Shown: positions 1 through 12,919 of the stretch, piece after piece
Position numbering within the stretch: position 1 is the stretch's first letter
How the letters are laid out: each line of letters opens with the position of its first letter
Assembly: GCA_900617105.1 (NCBI GenBank)
Contig: UYFQ01000684.1
Location: 1-43,957, forward strand
Reading direction: 5' to 3'
Source: Hydrurus foetidus
Lineage: Eukaryota
Length of the DNA stretch: 43,957 nucleotides
The notes under the pieces: model-generated
What the model saw: only the letters and a program-made list of their open reading frames with translations
Told to the model about the DNA's origin: nothing
Database searches by the model: none
Program-made: the position numbers and the translations under genes

Positions 1-1
1 T

Positions 2-2762
2 TTGGTAGCATGCACTGAAAACCTCACGACACCGGTACTCAGGCAGAGTATCAGGCGCATGTTCGGTACCATCGGGTCCCGACGCATTTCCATCGTGAAA
101 TTTACAAGTGATAATGAACGTGGCATTGCGGCACTAGTCAATGACATGAATGCCATGGGAGTAGAGGTGATTGCCGTTGGTCCAGGGCAACACGATCATG
201 TTATTGAAAGAATGATCAGGCACTTAAAGGAGACCATCCGGTGTACCATCTTCAGTCTACCATACTTGCTACCGGATATACTCATGCCTCACCTTGTGAT
301 GAGCTCGGCGAAGAAGCTTTTGCTCTTTCCCTCATCAACAAGAACGGATAGGATTTCTCCTTTCGAAGCATTCTTCGGCAGAAAGGCTGACACGAAAAAA
401 GATATCGGACCTCCATTCGGCTCATACTGCCAAGTCACCGGCAGGGTGCTTAGCAACAGCATGGATCCACGAACCATTGGATGCCTATACCTAGAGCCAA
501 AGATGAATGGAACAGGTACTCATACCTTCATGCGCATTGACACAAGGAGTGTCATATCAGCCAACCACTACGTGGTGTTACCGATACCTCCGCTCGTCAT
601 TACCACTGTAAACGGGTGGGCATCGAAGAATAAAATACACACATCAAAAGAACCAACATTCACATTCCATGATAGAGACATCACTGGAGATGCAGTTGAT
701 GATGTGGTCATAATGGATACACCTTCAGATGAGGAGCCTACTATCCAGTTCCGACACACACCTCCAATTTTACCGGTGTTCCCGGATGAGACCGACACGC
801 TTGATACCGTGATGGAACCTCAAATTACTCAAGACCAAATTGCGATTCGGGGTGAAATGGAATCAGCGGTCGACACAAACCATACCATCCCAGCTTCTGA
901 CGAAGTATCCGGACCAGAAACTACATTTGAAGCAGTACCGGAGGAGCAACCAGCGGCACCACCTACTACCACTGTGCGTACGTACGTACCCAGTGCACCT
1001 GTTGAAATGCGCCAGAAATCAACGAGAACCAGAAAACCACCAGACCGACTCAACTTAGTAGCCGACAAACTACCTATTCCAACGCAGAAAGAAGGAATTA
1101 GGGGTGAGTGGTCATTTATGACGGTTACTCGGGCACTGAAACTTTTTCCGGACAAGGCTACTGCAGCAATTGAGTCAGAGGTCAAATCACTACTTGCAAA
1201 GGGGACATTTTCGGGGTGCACATGGAACAACTGTCGCCTACACAGAAGCAGAAGATACTGCGTTCAAACATGAATGTTGTGGAGAAATACCTTCCAACGG
1301 TAAACTCTGATGGTGATCGCCAAATCGACAAGGTCAAGGCGCGGTTCTGTGTGGACGGGCGTGCTCAAGTTAGAGAGGACTATGCACCAGATGAAGTTGA
1401 ATCACCAACAGCGAGCATAGCTGCCATCTTTACAGTTGCACAGATTGCTGCTGTAGAAAACCGTTTCGTCATGGTCGGGGACGTTGGGTCCGCATACCTC
1501 AACGCTGATATGCCGATGGAAAAACCGGATAAAATACTCCATATGTATATTGATAAGAATGTGGCCGACGCAATCATCAAACAAGACATCTCTTTCTTAC
1601 GTTACAGAAGACACAATGGAGGCCTAGTAGTGAGACTAGACAAAGCACTTTACGGGTGTATCGAGTCCGCCAAACTCTGGTATAACGAAATAGCCGGAAC
1701 TTTACGGTCCAATGGTTTCACGGCTAACCCGCGCGATATTTGTGTCTTTAATAAGGACGTCAAAGGCAACCAATTCACGATCCTAGTCTACGTAGATGAC
1801 TTAAAGATGACGTGTGTGGACAAGAAAGCGGTTCTTGACATGGAGCAAATTTTGCTGAGAACGTACGGTCAATTTCGTACCACTCAAGAGCGAGTTCTAC
1901 CGTACCTAGGATGCATGTGGGATTACAATGAGCCAGGATTTGTGAACGTCACGCAGATTGGAATGATTCAAGATCTGATCTCATCAAGGGAAAAGAGCCA
2001 TGCTGAACGAGGTATGAAGCTCATCGGGAACCCATCATCACCGGGTGCCCCACACCTATTTGAGCGGACCTTGGACTGCGAATTCCTAAGTGAGAAAGAT
2101 GCTAAAACCTTCCATACCGACGTTGCTACAGCACTCTACCTGGGGAACCGAACTCGCCCAGACATTGTATTAGTGTTGGGTGAACTTTGCAAACGTGTAA
2201 AGGCACCAACAATTGAAGACGACAAGAAACTCGATAGGCTCATATGCTATCTGAGGACTACCAGAGACAAGCCATTACGACTGGGGTGTACTTTGCCCCG
2301 ACAGTAACAGTATCCATTGATGCTGCATTTGCCAACCGTGATTTGATGAAATCAACCTCAGGAATGTGTGTCACATTAGGGGTGGGGAATTTCATTTCGA
2401 GTTCCAAGGTCCAGAAGCTAAATTCCAAGTCAAGTACAGAGTCTGAGATCATTGCAGTATCTGACGGCATGAACATTCCGCTCTGGCTTGCAGGATTTAT
2501 TGCTTACCAAGGACACGGCAAGATTCCAGTGAGGCTGGAACAAGACAATCAATCATGCATCACGCTGCTTACAAAAGGTCGGTCTACCGCAGAAACCACC
2601 CGGTTCATTGAGGTGCGAAAATTCTGGATATCAGACTACATCCGCATCGGTGCTGTAAACATTGTCTACGTTCCAACCGAGGATATGACGTCTGATTACT
2701 TCACAAAACCATTGCAAGGAACAGTTTTTTCCAAGATGGTGAAGAAAATTTTAGGAAATTAA
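2..2762 (+). pseudogene. Copia pol (integrase, RT, RNase H) with two frameshifts (~1216, ~2295)
   Basis: Integrase FTSDNE...IERMIRHLKE; RT LDKALYGCIESA and VYVDD; RNase H SIDAAF...STESE...EQDN...SDYFTKPL, spread over three frames. Confidence 0.9.
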
Positions 2763-2926
2763 GTACTTCACATTATTGACTTACAGTTGAGCTATTTTTT
2801 CAAATTTTTATTAGCAACAAAACTTGTCTGATCACTATAGCTTACGATAGATACAAACATGATTTGTGTTACATTTTCACGAGGAAATACAAATGTACCG
2901 CCTGAATGCTTATGACATTAGGGGTG

Positions 2927-3332
2927 TGTTGGATATAGCATAGCTATCCCTACGGGGACGATCCCCTTGGGGGAAATCCCTTTGGGGTAATATCATCTAA
3001 GCCCAAGCGGAGGAGCGAGGGTAGCGTTTTCAGACTCAAGACCATCACTCGAACTGTACTGGAAGTTGCAACTGATGATGACTGTGAACAGTCAACTATA
3101 GCTAGTATAGCTAGCCATGAACTGCTTTGTTTTGACGTGATGAGCACTTCTAATTAAAAGAGACTATATGGCTGTGAGCCATTATACCTACACTTGAGTG
3201 AGCTGTTGGAACGACTTGGTCGACTAGCTGAAAGCAAAGTGTGTTCTGAACGAACCACTGCTATCAACCAGGTTCTCTGACTGGATCCAGGATCCAAAAG
3301 GCAGACTTATTCCAAGACTCGACGGTATAACA
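2927..3332 (+). repeat. Putative 3' LTR of first Copia
   Basis: Starts TGTTGGATAT after a purine-rich TAGGGGTG, like the verified LTRs at 23463 and 28479. The end was chosen at a plausible ...AACA and cannot be verified without the 5' LTR. Confidence 0.55.
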
Positions 3333-3756
3333 ACTACTCCGCAAAGCCTACGGCAGTTACGGTCGGTTCTTTATGCACAGCATACACCGTTATTTGGGTT
3401 GGTCTTGGTCTTGGAGGCTTGTTGGAGGTTGGAGGCGCCCTCACACCTCACACCTCACAAGCCTTTTATCTTTTCTCATAAGCTCTTTGCATAGCACATT
3501 CTATGATTGTAAAGTGTGCACTGGGAGACAGTGAACTGCAGATGTTTGAAATTTTCGCCAGAAGTGGCTGAGTGAGAAGTCGAAACTTTGTTATCTTTTG
3601 CAACAACTCTCTTCTGAGCCAAAGCTCTGTACGTAACATTCTTTTGGGATTGAGGCTGTGAGAAAGTGACTTGTCCTATCCTGAATCCTACAGAGGCCTT
3701 TCAATAGCGGCAACCACTGCAGCTCTTCAGTCCTTAGCAAACACAGGGAATTTATA

Positions 3757-6700
3757 ATGACCAGTAGAGGGAAGCAATTCTATGATCGGGAGGATCTCGA
3801 TGACGAGGAGCAGAAACTCTTCGATGAAATGGTCTTGGAGGAGATGGAAAAGTTAGAGAACCAGTTTAAAGAAGCAACCGTGAGTGATGGACGACGGGAT
3901 CAAAGGCTCCTGACATTAAATCTCGATACTATCTGCGACGATGGTCGCGAAGACAGCGAAGATAAAACCTTCTCCTCAGCACATGGCAGGAGTAATGACT
4001 ACAATACCTCACAACGAGCTGAACCACGACATGAGAAAAGCAATGCTCCGATTGCAAGTGCCACTATATGCCCTGATGACCAGCCTGCGAGGAGGGCACC
4101 ACGAAATTCGCTAGTTGCTGATAACTTTCCGCGTCCAAAACAGGAAACATCCTTGAACACCTCAGAAAGTTTCATCAAAGATAATCAGGAGCAGCAATTT
4201 CGCAGGGAATCCTCAAATGTGGACTCCCGATCCCCCGTTCAGGACCCACATCAGCCTACAAGAAGGTTCCGCCGAGGTGATTCTTCTCCAGATTCAAGGT
4301 GAGCTAAGTTACGTCGGAAAGCTTAAATGGCAACATCTGTGTTTAAAATATCGTTATGATCCATAGCTTCAAATATTTCTGATAGGGTGGTGAGCAACAT
4401 TTCTCTCATCGGTGCCAGCGACTCTTCTATAGTTTCTCCGAGCCAAAAGCGAGAGCAGCAAGCGAAGTATGCCATGCAACTGGCAGAGGGCGCTGCTAAC
4501 TCTAGATCTGCTCGCTCTCAAGTCGACAATTTTTCATCAAGACCGAGTAGGAGAGTGTCTGTTGATATCACTATGGAGGATGCCAGCAATATTTCTCAAA
4601 TAGGTCAGGACAGTCAGCAGCTGAAAGAGCGGAGGAAGACGCAGCAGTTCGAATACGCACAGCAGCTGTCAAACCAACAGAGTCAAAGGCACTTTCAGAA
4701 CAACAGTCCCGTGCTCGATAAGTCCCCTCGATCTCAAGATAATGGCATGCAGAGCGCCAGGGGTCACTCAGGGTCTTCCAGTTACTCTAAGGACGGTAGC
4801 CCTACTGCCAACAGGAGCGGGATGGTGAATTTTGGAACCGATCCTACAGTTGAGGCTGCGAAGAAAAGAGAAACAAAAGCGGCCTACGGGAGACAGTTAC
4901 TAGAGCAGCAGAACAGCGAACAGGGCATGAAGAGTAGAGCGGGGAGTCGTTCAGATTCCTTTCGTGAGAATAGCATTGCTAGTCCGAGGTATACAGGATA
5001 TGACTCACGGGAGGACGAAAGAAATGCCGCTAAGAGCGCTGCTGAGGTGAAGCGGGAGCAGCAGAGGAAGTACAGGGACGAGATCTCCTCCGCTGCATCT
5101 GCTGCGCCTATCTCGAGTGCAAGGGTGTCCCTCCAGGGAGGGTCGGGTTCAGGTTCCGATCTGGTTTCCAGTCCAGGATCCGCTCCTCCGCGTAAGATGG
5201 GGAATGTCGATGCGTACACTCAATCCAACGGACCAGGTGAAGTCATTTATTTGATCCACTTTTTGAACGCGCTCCTGATTAGGTAGACTTTGTGCTCACA
5301 ATTTTCTTCTTGAGAGTGGAGGTCGCAATCTGCCCATAATTCCGTTAACAAATTCCTGATTACATGAATCTAATTATTTCATTTCGATTCTTTGTACTGC
5401 ACCGCATTGACGTATTTCTACAGGACTGACCAGTGGGAACACTTTATCCTTCTTGTCCAGTGCTGATGCCGAGAGATTAGAAGCGAGATCTAAGAAAGTG
5501 CAGTTACAGCAAATGTATGCGAAGCAATTAACGGAAGATTCGGCTGTAGTGTCTTTATCCGGTACTAACATTTCTAGAATGGGATCAAGCAGTGGAGGGC
5601 GCGCTAGCTCCCTCCCTGCAAGTCGCAGGGCTTCAACAGAGAGCGATGACGTGAGTTCAAATTCTAGAGGGGCGATTAGACCTGCAAGCGGGAACTCTCT
5701 GATGTCTGCGGTCACTGCTACTGTTAATAGTGACGGAAGGGGGATGTTCGACCCCATATCTGAGAAAGACCAGCTAGCTATGGTTGCTGCCAAGAAGAAA
5801 GCATCTCAAGTTGAGTATTACCAGCAGCTGCAAGAGGCGGACAGTAGGCGCTCTGACCCTTCTGTCCAGGCGAGTCAACGTGTGACTCTTTACCGCAGCA
5901 GAGATCAACAGGAGCAGGAGGGAGTGTCAACGGGGCGACACCGAGATGACAACAGTGCTAGACAGTCCTCCATATCAATGCCTAGTGCAAGTTATCCTCT
6001 GAGAGGGCAGGGGGAGTCTAGCGGCTGTCAGGGTCAGGCGTACAGCGTGGATGCCGGTCCCGGTCTGTCCTTTCGTAAGTCAGCATCAGATCCAAGGTGC
6101 ATGGCTGACGGGGACAGCTGGGATGTATATGCGAGGAAGCGTCAGCAGGAGGAATATGCACGTGCCCTCAGAAGTGATGCGGAGACTGGTGCCATACCGG
6201 ACACTTACACAGCACAGAGGCGGTCTCATCACGATAGAGAGGGGCCGGGAAATGCGTCTAGGGGCAGCCGTCCACATGCAGAAGAGAAATTCCAAGAGAG
6301 GGATATAGATAGGTATCAGGAACGAGAGCAAGGGAGATACCCTCCGAGAGACTTTGATGCGCGACATTCCAGAGAGTCAGAAACGGAACTAGATGGATAC
6401 TCAGTGAGTCAGCACGATAGGAACAGGGAGAGGGAGAGGGAGAGGAACGGCTCAAGGGACCAAGCACCACCGTCTCAAAGAGGGAGAGAGAGGGAAGCAG
6501 AACAATCTAGACAACCTCTGGAACAGGAAATGCACCGTAACAATCGAGTTGCATCAGGGGGACAAGATAGGAGGGATCCAGACCCTGACCCCCATATAGA
6601 CATTTACTCCTACAGCCGTAATAACCCTAACGGCAGTACAATGTACGATCCCTCCTCAGGTCCCTATAATGGGGGGCAGGGAACGTTCGGACAGTACGCA

Positions 6701-7405
6701 AGAACAGGTAGTAGTAGCACAACTTCTAGAGCTAACGAGTTAATTGGAGAGACAGGGGCGGGGCAGAGAGACGGAGACAGAGAGAAGGGAAGACAGGAGG
6801 ATAGAGGACAGGGGGCAGGATATAGTAACGGTTACAGAGGAGACACTGACAGTGGCTACAACGAGGAATTCGGACGAAGATCTCGTCATTCCTCTCATCA
6901 AAATGACCCCCCAAATCAGTCTTATCACCCCCCAGGCTCTGAGAGGTCGGAGAGGCAATACGAGCAACACAGTCCAAGGCCCATGTCTGGATCGAACCCA
7001 GGACCTAGTTCCAGTACCAGACAGGGACAGCCGCAAAGTCGAGAGCAAGGGCAATATGAATATCAAGCAGCCCCTCAGAGCAGATCCTATAGTCAGCCAG
7101 GTGAAGTTTGTTGATGCATGCAGTAGAAATTCTCCGTAATGTTGCTTGAGAGGTAATGCGACCAAGTGATGTCATTCTGCCATGACCTACGTCAGAGATC
7201 CTGCCGTAGGGTGCATACCATCGAGATAACACTTCCACTCCGTACCACACCATATTTCACAGCGCATATGAACCACTCTACAATTAATATCTTAGGGGGT
7301 AATCTAAGTCAGCGGGACATCGCACCGGTCCCAGTGTCGGCGCCGGTGGGTGGGAGGGGCAGGAGCTCAGGAGGGGGTGCTAGCTCGATATCTCTCTGCG
7401 GCTAG
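3757..7405 (+). CDS. Uncharacterised ~1059-aa low-complexity (S/R/Q/G-rich) protein with repeated K/R-x-x-Q-x-x-Y-x-x-Q-L helical motifs; 4 exons (3757-4298, 4386-5236, 5424-7100, 7296-7405)
   Basis: ORFs 3757, 4387, 5453 and 7166 join in frame through GT-AG introns (4299-4385, 5237-5423, 7101-7295). Spliced length is 3180 nt with no internal stop. Confidence 0.75.
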
Positions 7406-8278
7406 CGTGATTACCTACGATATGCCTGCTGGTTAGAGTTACCACTTCACCGTACCAGCATGATAGGATGTTGAGGGTCAGATGTGCATCATAATTATTA
7501 TAGAGTAGATACGCACGTGGTCTTTTTCCTTGTACTGCAGAGGCACTCACTCGCCTGTATCAGGACAGACACCTCCCCATTATGTCCGATTGCATCCGTC
7601 GGAATGCATGAAGTCACCGATAGTACAGTACAGTACACCGCAGTACCATTCCGTGGACTGGCTTTTGCATCCTTACCTTTACTTTACTTGCTTGTGGGTC
7701 TCATGATAATTCGTGTGAAAGACGCTGTAATGTCTACCAGTGTCCATTCTGACCGACAGGGTCTTTCGTGGATGCCACGTATAAAATCTGGGGTATTATT
7801 TCGTGACGGTCCCTTCTCTTAGTGAGTTCTTTCTGTAGTGTGTATGTACAACTTTATTTCTGTCACGCTTTTATTTTAGTCTGCCGAATTTTATTCTTAG
7901 TAATGAGACGGACTCTTCTCGCACCACTTGCTTGAAAGTGACGCACGTGCGCCATCACGACATCGACAAAATCCCAAGTCTTCGCGATCAGTGCCACTCA
8001 TCCACTCATCACGATGCCTTCAAGAGATGAAATGGATGAAGCAGGATATTTCTTCTTACCATTATTACTATACAACCAAATAATGTGAATAACTTTCGTA
8101 GCGCTGACGCGCCTCGCAAACTATTGTGGAGGAGACTATGGGCTGAAAACGAGTCTCAGGGCATTGAGGAGTACGTCGTTTCTTTTAGGATAGGATGACT
8201 GATTATTTCATGGATGAGAGGAAGAAAGGGACAGTTGAATGAGGACAGGTAGGGGAGAGAGGGATTGCGTTTAACACT

Positions 8279-10020
8279 TTACGGGAGCATGGTGAGTCTC
8301 GAGAGGGGGGCGATCTCGTCAATCATCAGCTGGAAGTCACCGGCATTGAAGGTCTGGATCTCAGACATGGTGTACTTCGTTCCGTTATCAAGTGCGTCAG
8401 TGAGAATGCGGGTGGCGGCAACACGTCTGGCGCGCTCCATGCAGTTTCTAACAGTACGGGCGTTGGAGAAGTATGGGAATTCCTTGCGGAGATCCATGAA
8501 CTCGACGAACTTGGCTCTGAATAATAAAGATTGAACAGAAGACAATTTGAGAACATGCGAAATACACGAAACTCGCCTAGACGCCACTAATGAATGTAGG
8601 TGAAAGGTGAGCAGGGAGAATGCTGTAAATTACCTGGCTTCTGGTGGGTAGATGTAGCCGTAGTCTCTGGCAAGCAGACCGGAGATTTGGGTAAGCTCGT
8701 CTCCATCATAATCAGGGAAGTCTGGGGGAAGTTGTTCATGAACATTATCAGTGAGCGTCTCTTTCGATCCTTTTGTGTGACAGACTGGAGTCGCTTCATG
8801 CAGGATATATTTCGGTTTATTGATGCTTACCGATCCAGTTACCCATGCGTGACATAAGGTTAAGATTGGCGTTAAGCATGCGGGTCATGAGGTTTCTGTA
8901 ACCGGCAAGCACAAGCACGAAGTCCTTGTTCTCGGTCATGTCGATGAATTTGACAAGCATCTCAATGACCTCTGAGCCGTAATCTCTGGAGTCCTCCTTG
9001 TAAAGGCCATAGGCCTCATCAATGAAGAGGATTCCACCGAAGGATCGGGTGATCATCTCTCTGGTCTTTGGTCCGGTGTGTCCGATATACTGACCGACAA
9101 GATCGGCACGAGTGGCCTGAACGGTGTGTCCAGTGTTAACGAAACCCATCTCCTTGTACAGCTGGCCCATCTTCATTGCTACTGTTGTCTTGCCTATGAC
9201 ATCAATCAGTAGTCGAATTTAGGTTCATCTGTCACTTGGTTCAATTGAGTAGCGGTCACTTGTTTTCGTTTACTCAATGAGACTAACCGGTGCCTGGGTT
9301 TCCGGTGAAGACGTGGTGGAGGGGTGGGATGGCGGTCTTGATTCCGGCCCCACTACAGGTGCAAATAAGTTGTTCAGGATGAGTTCTTTACCGTACTACT
9401 TCAGCGGAGTATTTGCGTTTATTGACTTACTCTCTGATTTTGTGTGAAAGCATTTGGGCGGCATATCTTCTCATCTTCTCTTTGACCTAATTGTTCGTTA
9501 ATTGTTGGATGTAATCAGTGGATGAGCCGGTGTCGAGGTCTCCGAAGCAGAGGCTAAGGAATTTTTGATTTTTGAGCCGTTATTGATGAGCTGGGAAACT
9601 TACAGGTTTCAAGCCGATAAGTTGGTTATCAAGATCGTTAATGACGTTCAAGACTGCTGGAGAAACGAAATATCTGTCTGATGTAGCCATGACTTTGTTT
9701 CCAGGTGTATCCCAGAAAGTTTCATTCTCCTTTCTGAGAATCATAGTAGCCATTTGCTCCTTTCTGATGAGTTCATCTCTCTCTCTCTTCAACTCGTCGT
9801 CCTCAAACTTGGCGGCAGCCAACTGATCAGATAGACGACGATAGTTTCCAGAGTTGGAGTCTTTGTAGTTACTGGGATCATAGTTGAATCCTGCTCCCTT
9901 GGAGGGTTTTCCAGACATAGAAAGTGGTGCGGTTCTAGCAACATTTTGAGTCGATGGGACGAATCCCATCACCCCAGTGGAGGTGAGGAGGGCAAGAACT
10001 GCTGCCGACGAGTACATCAT
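8279..10020 (-). CDS. cbbX: Nuclear-encoded, plastid-targeted CbbX (AAA+ red-type Rubisco activase); 6 exons (10020-9604, 9486-9431, 9352-9288, 9193-8831, 8721-8634, 8516-8279)
   Basis: The spliced product has LIGLKPVK, Walker A HVFTGNPGTGKT, TRADLVGQYIGHTGPKT, Walker B ILFIDEAY, DYGSEVIEML, FPDY and FSNARTVRN. The N-terminus is a signal peptide followed by a G|FVP cleavage motif and a transit-like stretch. Confidence 0.93.
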
Positions 10021-10545
10021 TTCAGTAGGGTCTAAGAAGTGGTATATAGTGCCCCAACCTCAATGACAGCTGCGTTGCTGCAACCTGAATTCGAATTGGT
10101 TGCAGTCCCATCACGCATCTCAAACTTCGCCGTAATATCCATGCACATCCCAAACGGCCCCCCTGGATGAAACAAACAAACGCACGCATGTTGCAGCAGT
10201 GGTGTTGTCACATGTCCACCGTCCGACTTCATGTCCCGTACGATGCACGCGGTACGCGCAAGAATTATGACTCAAATATAACGGACAACTTTAAAAACGG
10301 AATCAAAACTATTTTCGACGAATCGAAGACTTTAATGAGAGAATGAAGACTATTTTAGAGAAGTGGCGACTTTTTCAGACAACTTACACCCTTATAATGA
10401 GAAGGTCCACATACTTTAAGAGAATCAGAACTTTTTTTACGAATTGAGCACTATATTGTGGGAATCAAGACTTTTTTAGTTGATTTACAACTTTTTCCAA
10501 CAATTTACACCCAAATAAATGGAATGTCCACCTAGTTAAAACAGA

Positions 10546-12743
10546 ATGAACTTTATTACTGACCTCACAACTTTTTATGACAGGGGAGCTTTCAAGCATC
10601 GACTTCATACATTGACATCCAACAGTAAATCTGCAATTGATTCCGCAGATTTCAAAATGGAAGGGCATGCAGAAAATGCTCGTGTCGGTAGAGGGGAAGG
10701 AGTTGATTGGATTGTAAAAGAATCGTTTGAAACAGAAGCTGAAATGAAAGCCTATTGCACCGAGAATTTTCTTGCGAGAGGCCGCACTAATCATAACATT
10801 GGCAAACGCGTTACGTACTTGACTTGTGCGCACGATGACTGCGATGTCAAAATGAGATTAATCAAAAAGCTGGATCAAGAGCTGTATGTTCTTGAAGCTG
10901 CGGAGGGGTTTGAACTTCGCCACAACCATCTCGAAATAGTTCCCGGAAGAGGTTTGAGTGATGAGCAAAAAAGGATTACAATTGAATGCCTCGATAGAGA
11001 CTGCGGTGCTCCCAAAAAGGTACCACTAGCATTGAATAGATTCATAGATTATACAATAGCACCTTCGTAATATCATTCGTACTATCGTAGGTTATCAAGG
11101 AATTCGCCAGATTGGCTGTTTATTCGCTGGCCAACAATTTACCTGTGGTGCCGACACCTGTAATCACTTTGGTGTCAAGCTTCCTTACTTACTACCGTAA
11201 AAAGGAAAGGGGCGGTAATTTAGTCGGTGGTACAACAGTCGAGGACATTTGGGCATTCGGAGAGGAGCACAGAATTAAAGCTGATACTCCCGAAAATGTT
11301 CGCGGAGTGGTAGATGCTATTATCGAACCACTACGGGAAGAACCATTCTTCTCTATTCTTCTAAGCACACATGGTTTGCTAGAAAGTACAGAGTTGACTT
11401 CCCCGATTGAGATCGACGAACGTACCAAGTTGATGTATGAAGGATATGCACTAACAGTCATTGAACAAAGTGATATGAACAGAGTCTTTCATGTTCGGTA
11501 AGGCTATTCACGACTGAAGAATTCAAATTTTAAAAATGACCTAAATTTGCCTCTAAAACTGATTAAATTTTCATATGTCACCCTAGAGCTGTTGGCGTTG
11601 CTTCTAATTCGACAGAGGAGGTCGGCAGTAATTTTCTAGACGCCTTCAGAACTGTGGTCCCGGACTACGCTCCTCGTGCTTACCCTGGTGATGCAGCTGA
11701 GGCATTTGCAAATGCGGCTAGGATGACGTTCCCTTCAATTAAGATTCGATTGATGTGCTTCATTCACGTCTATAAGTAATGCTTCATCTACCGATCATTA
11801 CTTACGGTACATCCGATAAATAATTAATGACTTTCTCATTTTTACGTTCGTAGGGTATGGAGAAGAAGCCAAGACAGTACCCTCCGATGTCAGTGCTCTG
11901 ATTCTGCATGACATAAGAGCATTATCGAGTGCACATTCAGCAGTTCAGTCGGTTAGGTTGAGGGTCATTGAGCATTTCAGAAGAGAATGGTGCAATGACA
12001 GATTGGGGAATTGGACTCATGGGCATATTGCCAACTACGTTAACAATACTAACGGGTTGGAAGCAACAAATAAGGTTATCAAGGATGATGTCACTAAGCG
12101 CCAACTGATGCCGATACTCAACTTCCTGCTAAAGATTCAGAATTGGCTTGGTGAGCAATCAGAGAAGAGAGATATAACAAATCCAAACTACGTACCGTTT
12201 GCAACATCACACACTTTCACTACAGCGGATTGGACTGCTGCACATGCATGGAGGATGGACAACAACAAGCAGATAAGATTTGTCACTGAGCGGCTAACTT
12301 ATGTCGCGCTTAGCCCCCACGCTGTTGGACATCTCACTGCTGAAAGAGCATTGACGCAGATTAATGCATTTGACGCGTCATCTTGGAATACATTTGATGA
12401 GTTCACGAACATGTATTTCAACGTCAGCATCATACGAGTGGACAATTCTAGACCTGAGGGATTCAAATGCACTTGCATGGACAACTGCAAAGAATTCACC
12501 TGCCGTCATTCCCTAGGTGTGGCGATGATTAGAGGCACCATGATTCCTCCAGCAAATGCGGTCGTGCACTTGCTTGGAAGGAAAAGAAAAAGAGGCCGCA
12601 AACCTATGGCTGCTCCTGCTTGGGACCGTATGGGTTTTGACATAAACTCACCAATTCATCATCCACAGCAGGATTTCGCTGAACTTGCTGGTATAGCTGG
12701 AGCAGGAGAGAATTTGGGTGCCGAACTTAACGCAGAAGTGTAG
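10546..12743 (+). CDS. MULE transposase with SWIM zinc finger; introns ~11020-11090, 11498-11586, 11776-11853; possible frameshift near 11860
   Basis: DDE candidates EIDERTK, PGDAAEAF and NNTNGLEATN; MULE CxxH motif (LMCFIHV in exon 11587-11775); SWIM CTCMDNCKEFTCRH; basic RKRKRGRKP tail. Confidence 0.85.
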
Positions 12744-12919
12744 AAAATTTTGATTATTTAATGTCCTTCATGATTGCATACGTCCTTCGTATTAAATTAA
12801 AGAGATGTTATTAGAAAGATACTGCATTTTAATCAAAGTATGAACTTTTTGAGGAGTGTGTCTACGGAGTAAAACGCATGAAGTGAGAGAATAAAAGACT
12901 AGGAAGTGAGTAGTATGAC

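Larger units (their letters stand above)
1..3332 (+). mobile_element. Ty1/Copia LTR retrotransposon, 3' part (5' end outside window)
   Basis: Integrase-RT-RNase H order in ORFs 2-1273, 1216-2307 and 2244-2762, followed by TAGGGGTG|TGTTGGATAT, the same PPT/LTR boundary as the second Copia. The right end (...TATAACA, 3332) is tentative. Confidence 0.9.

Noticed and set aside
3400..3466. MITE family shared with ~19968-20052 (GTTGGAGGC / CACCTCACAA motifs)
   Set aside because: Only short low-complexity words are shared; no TIR/TSD structure could be defined.
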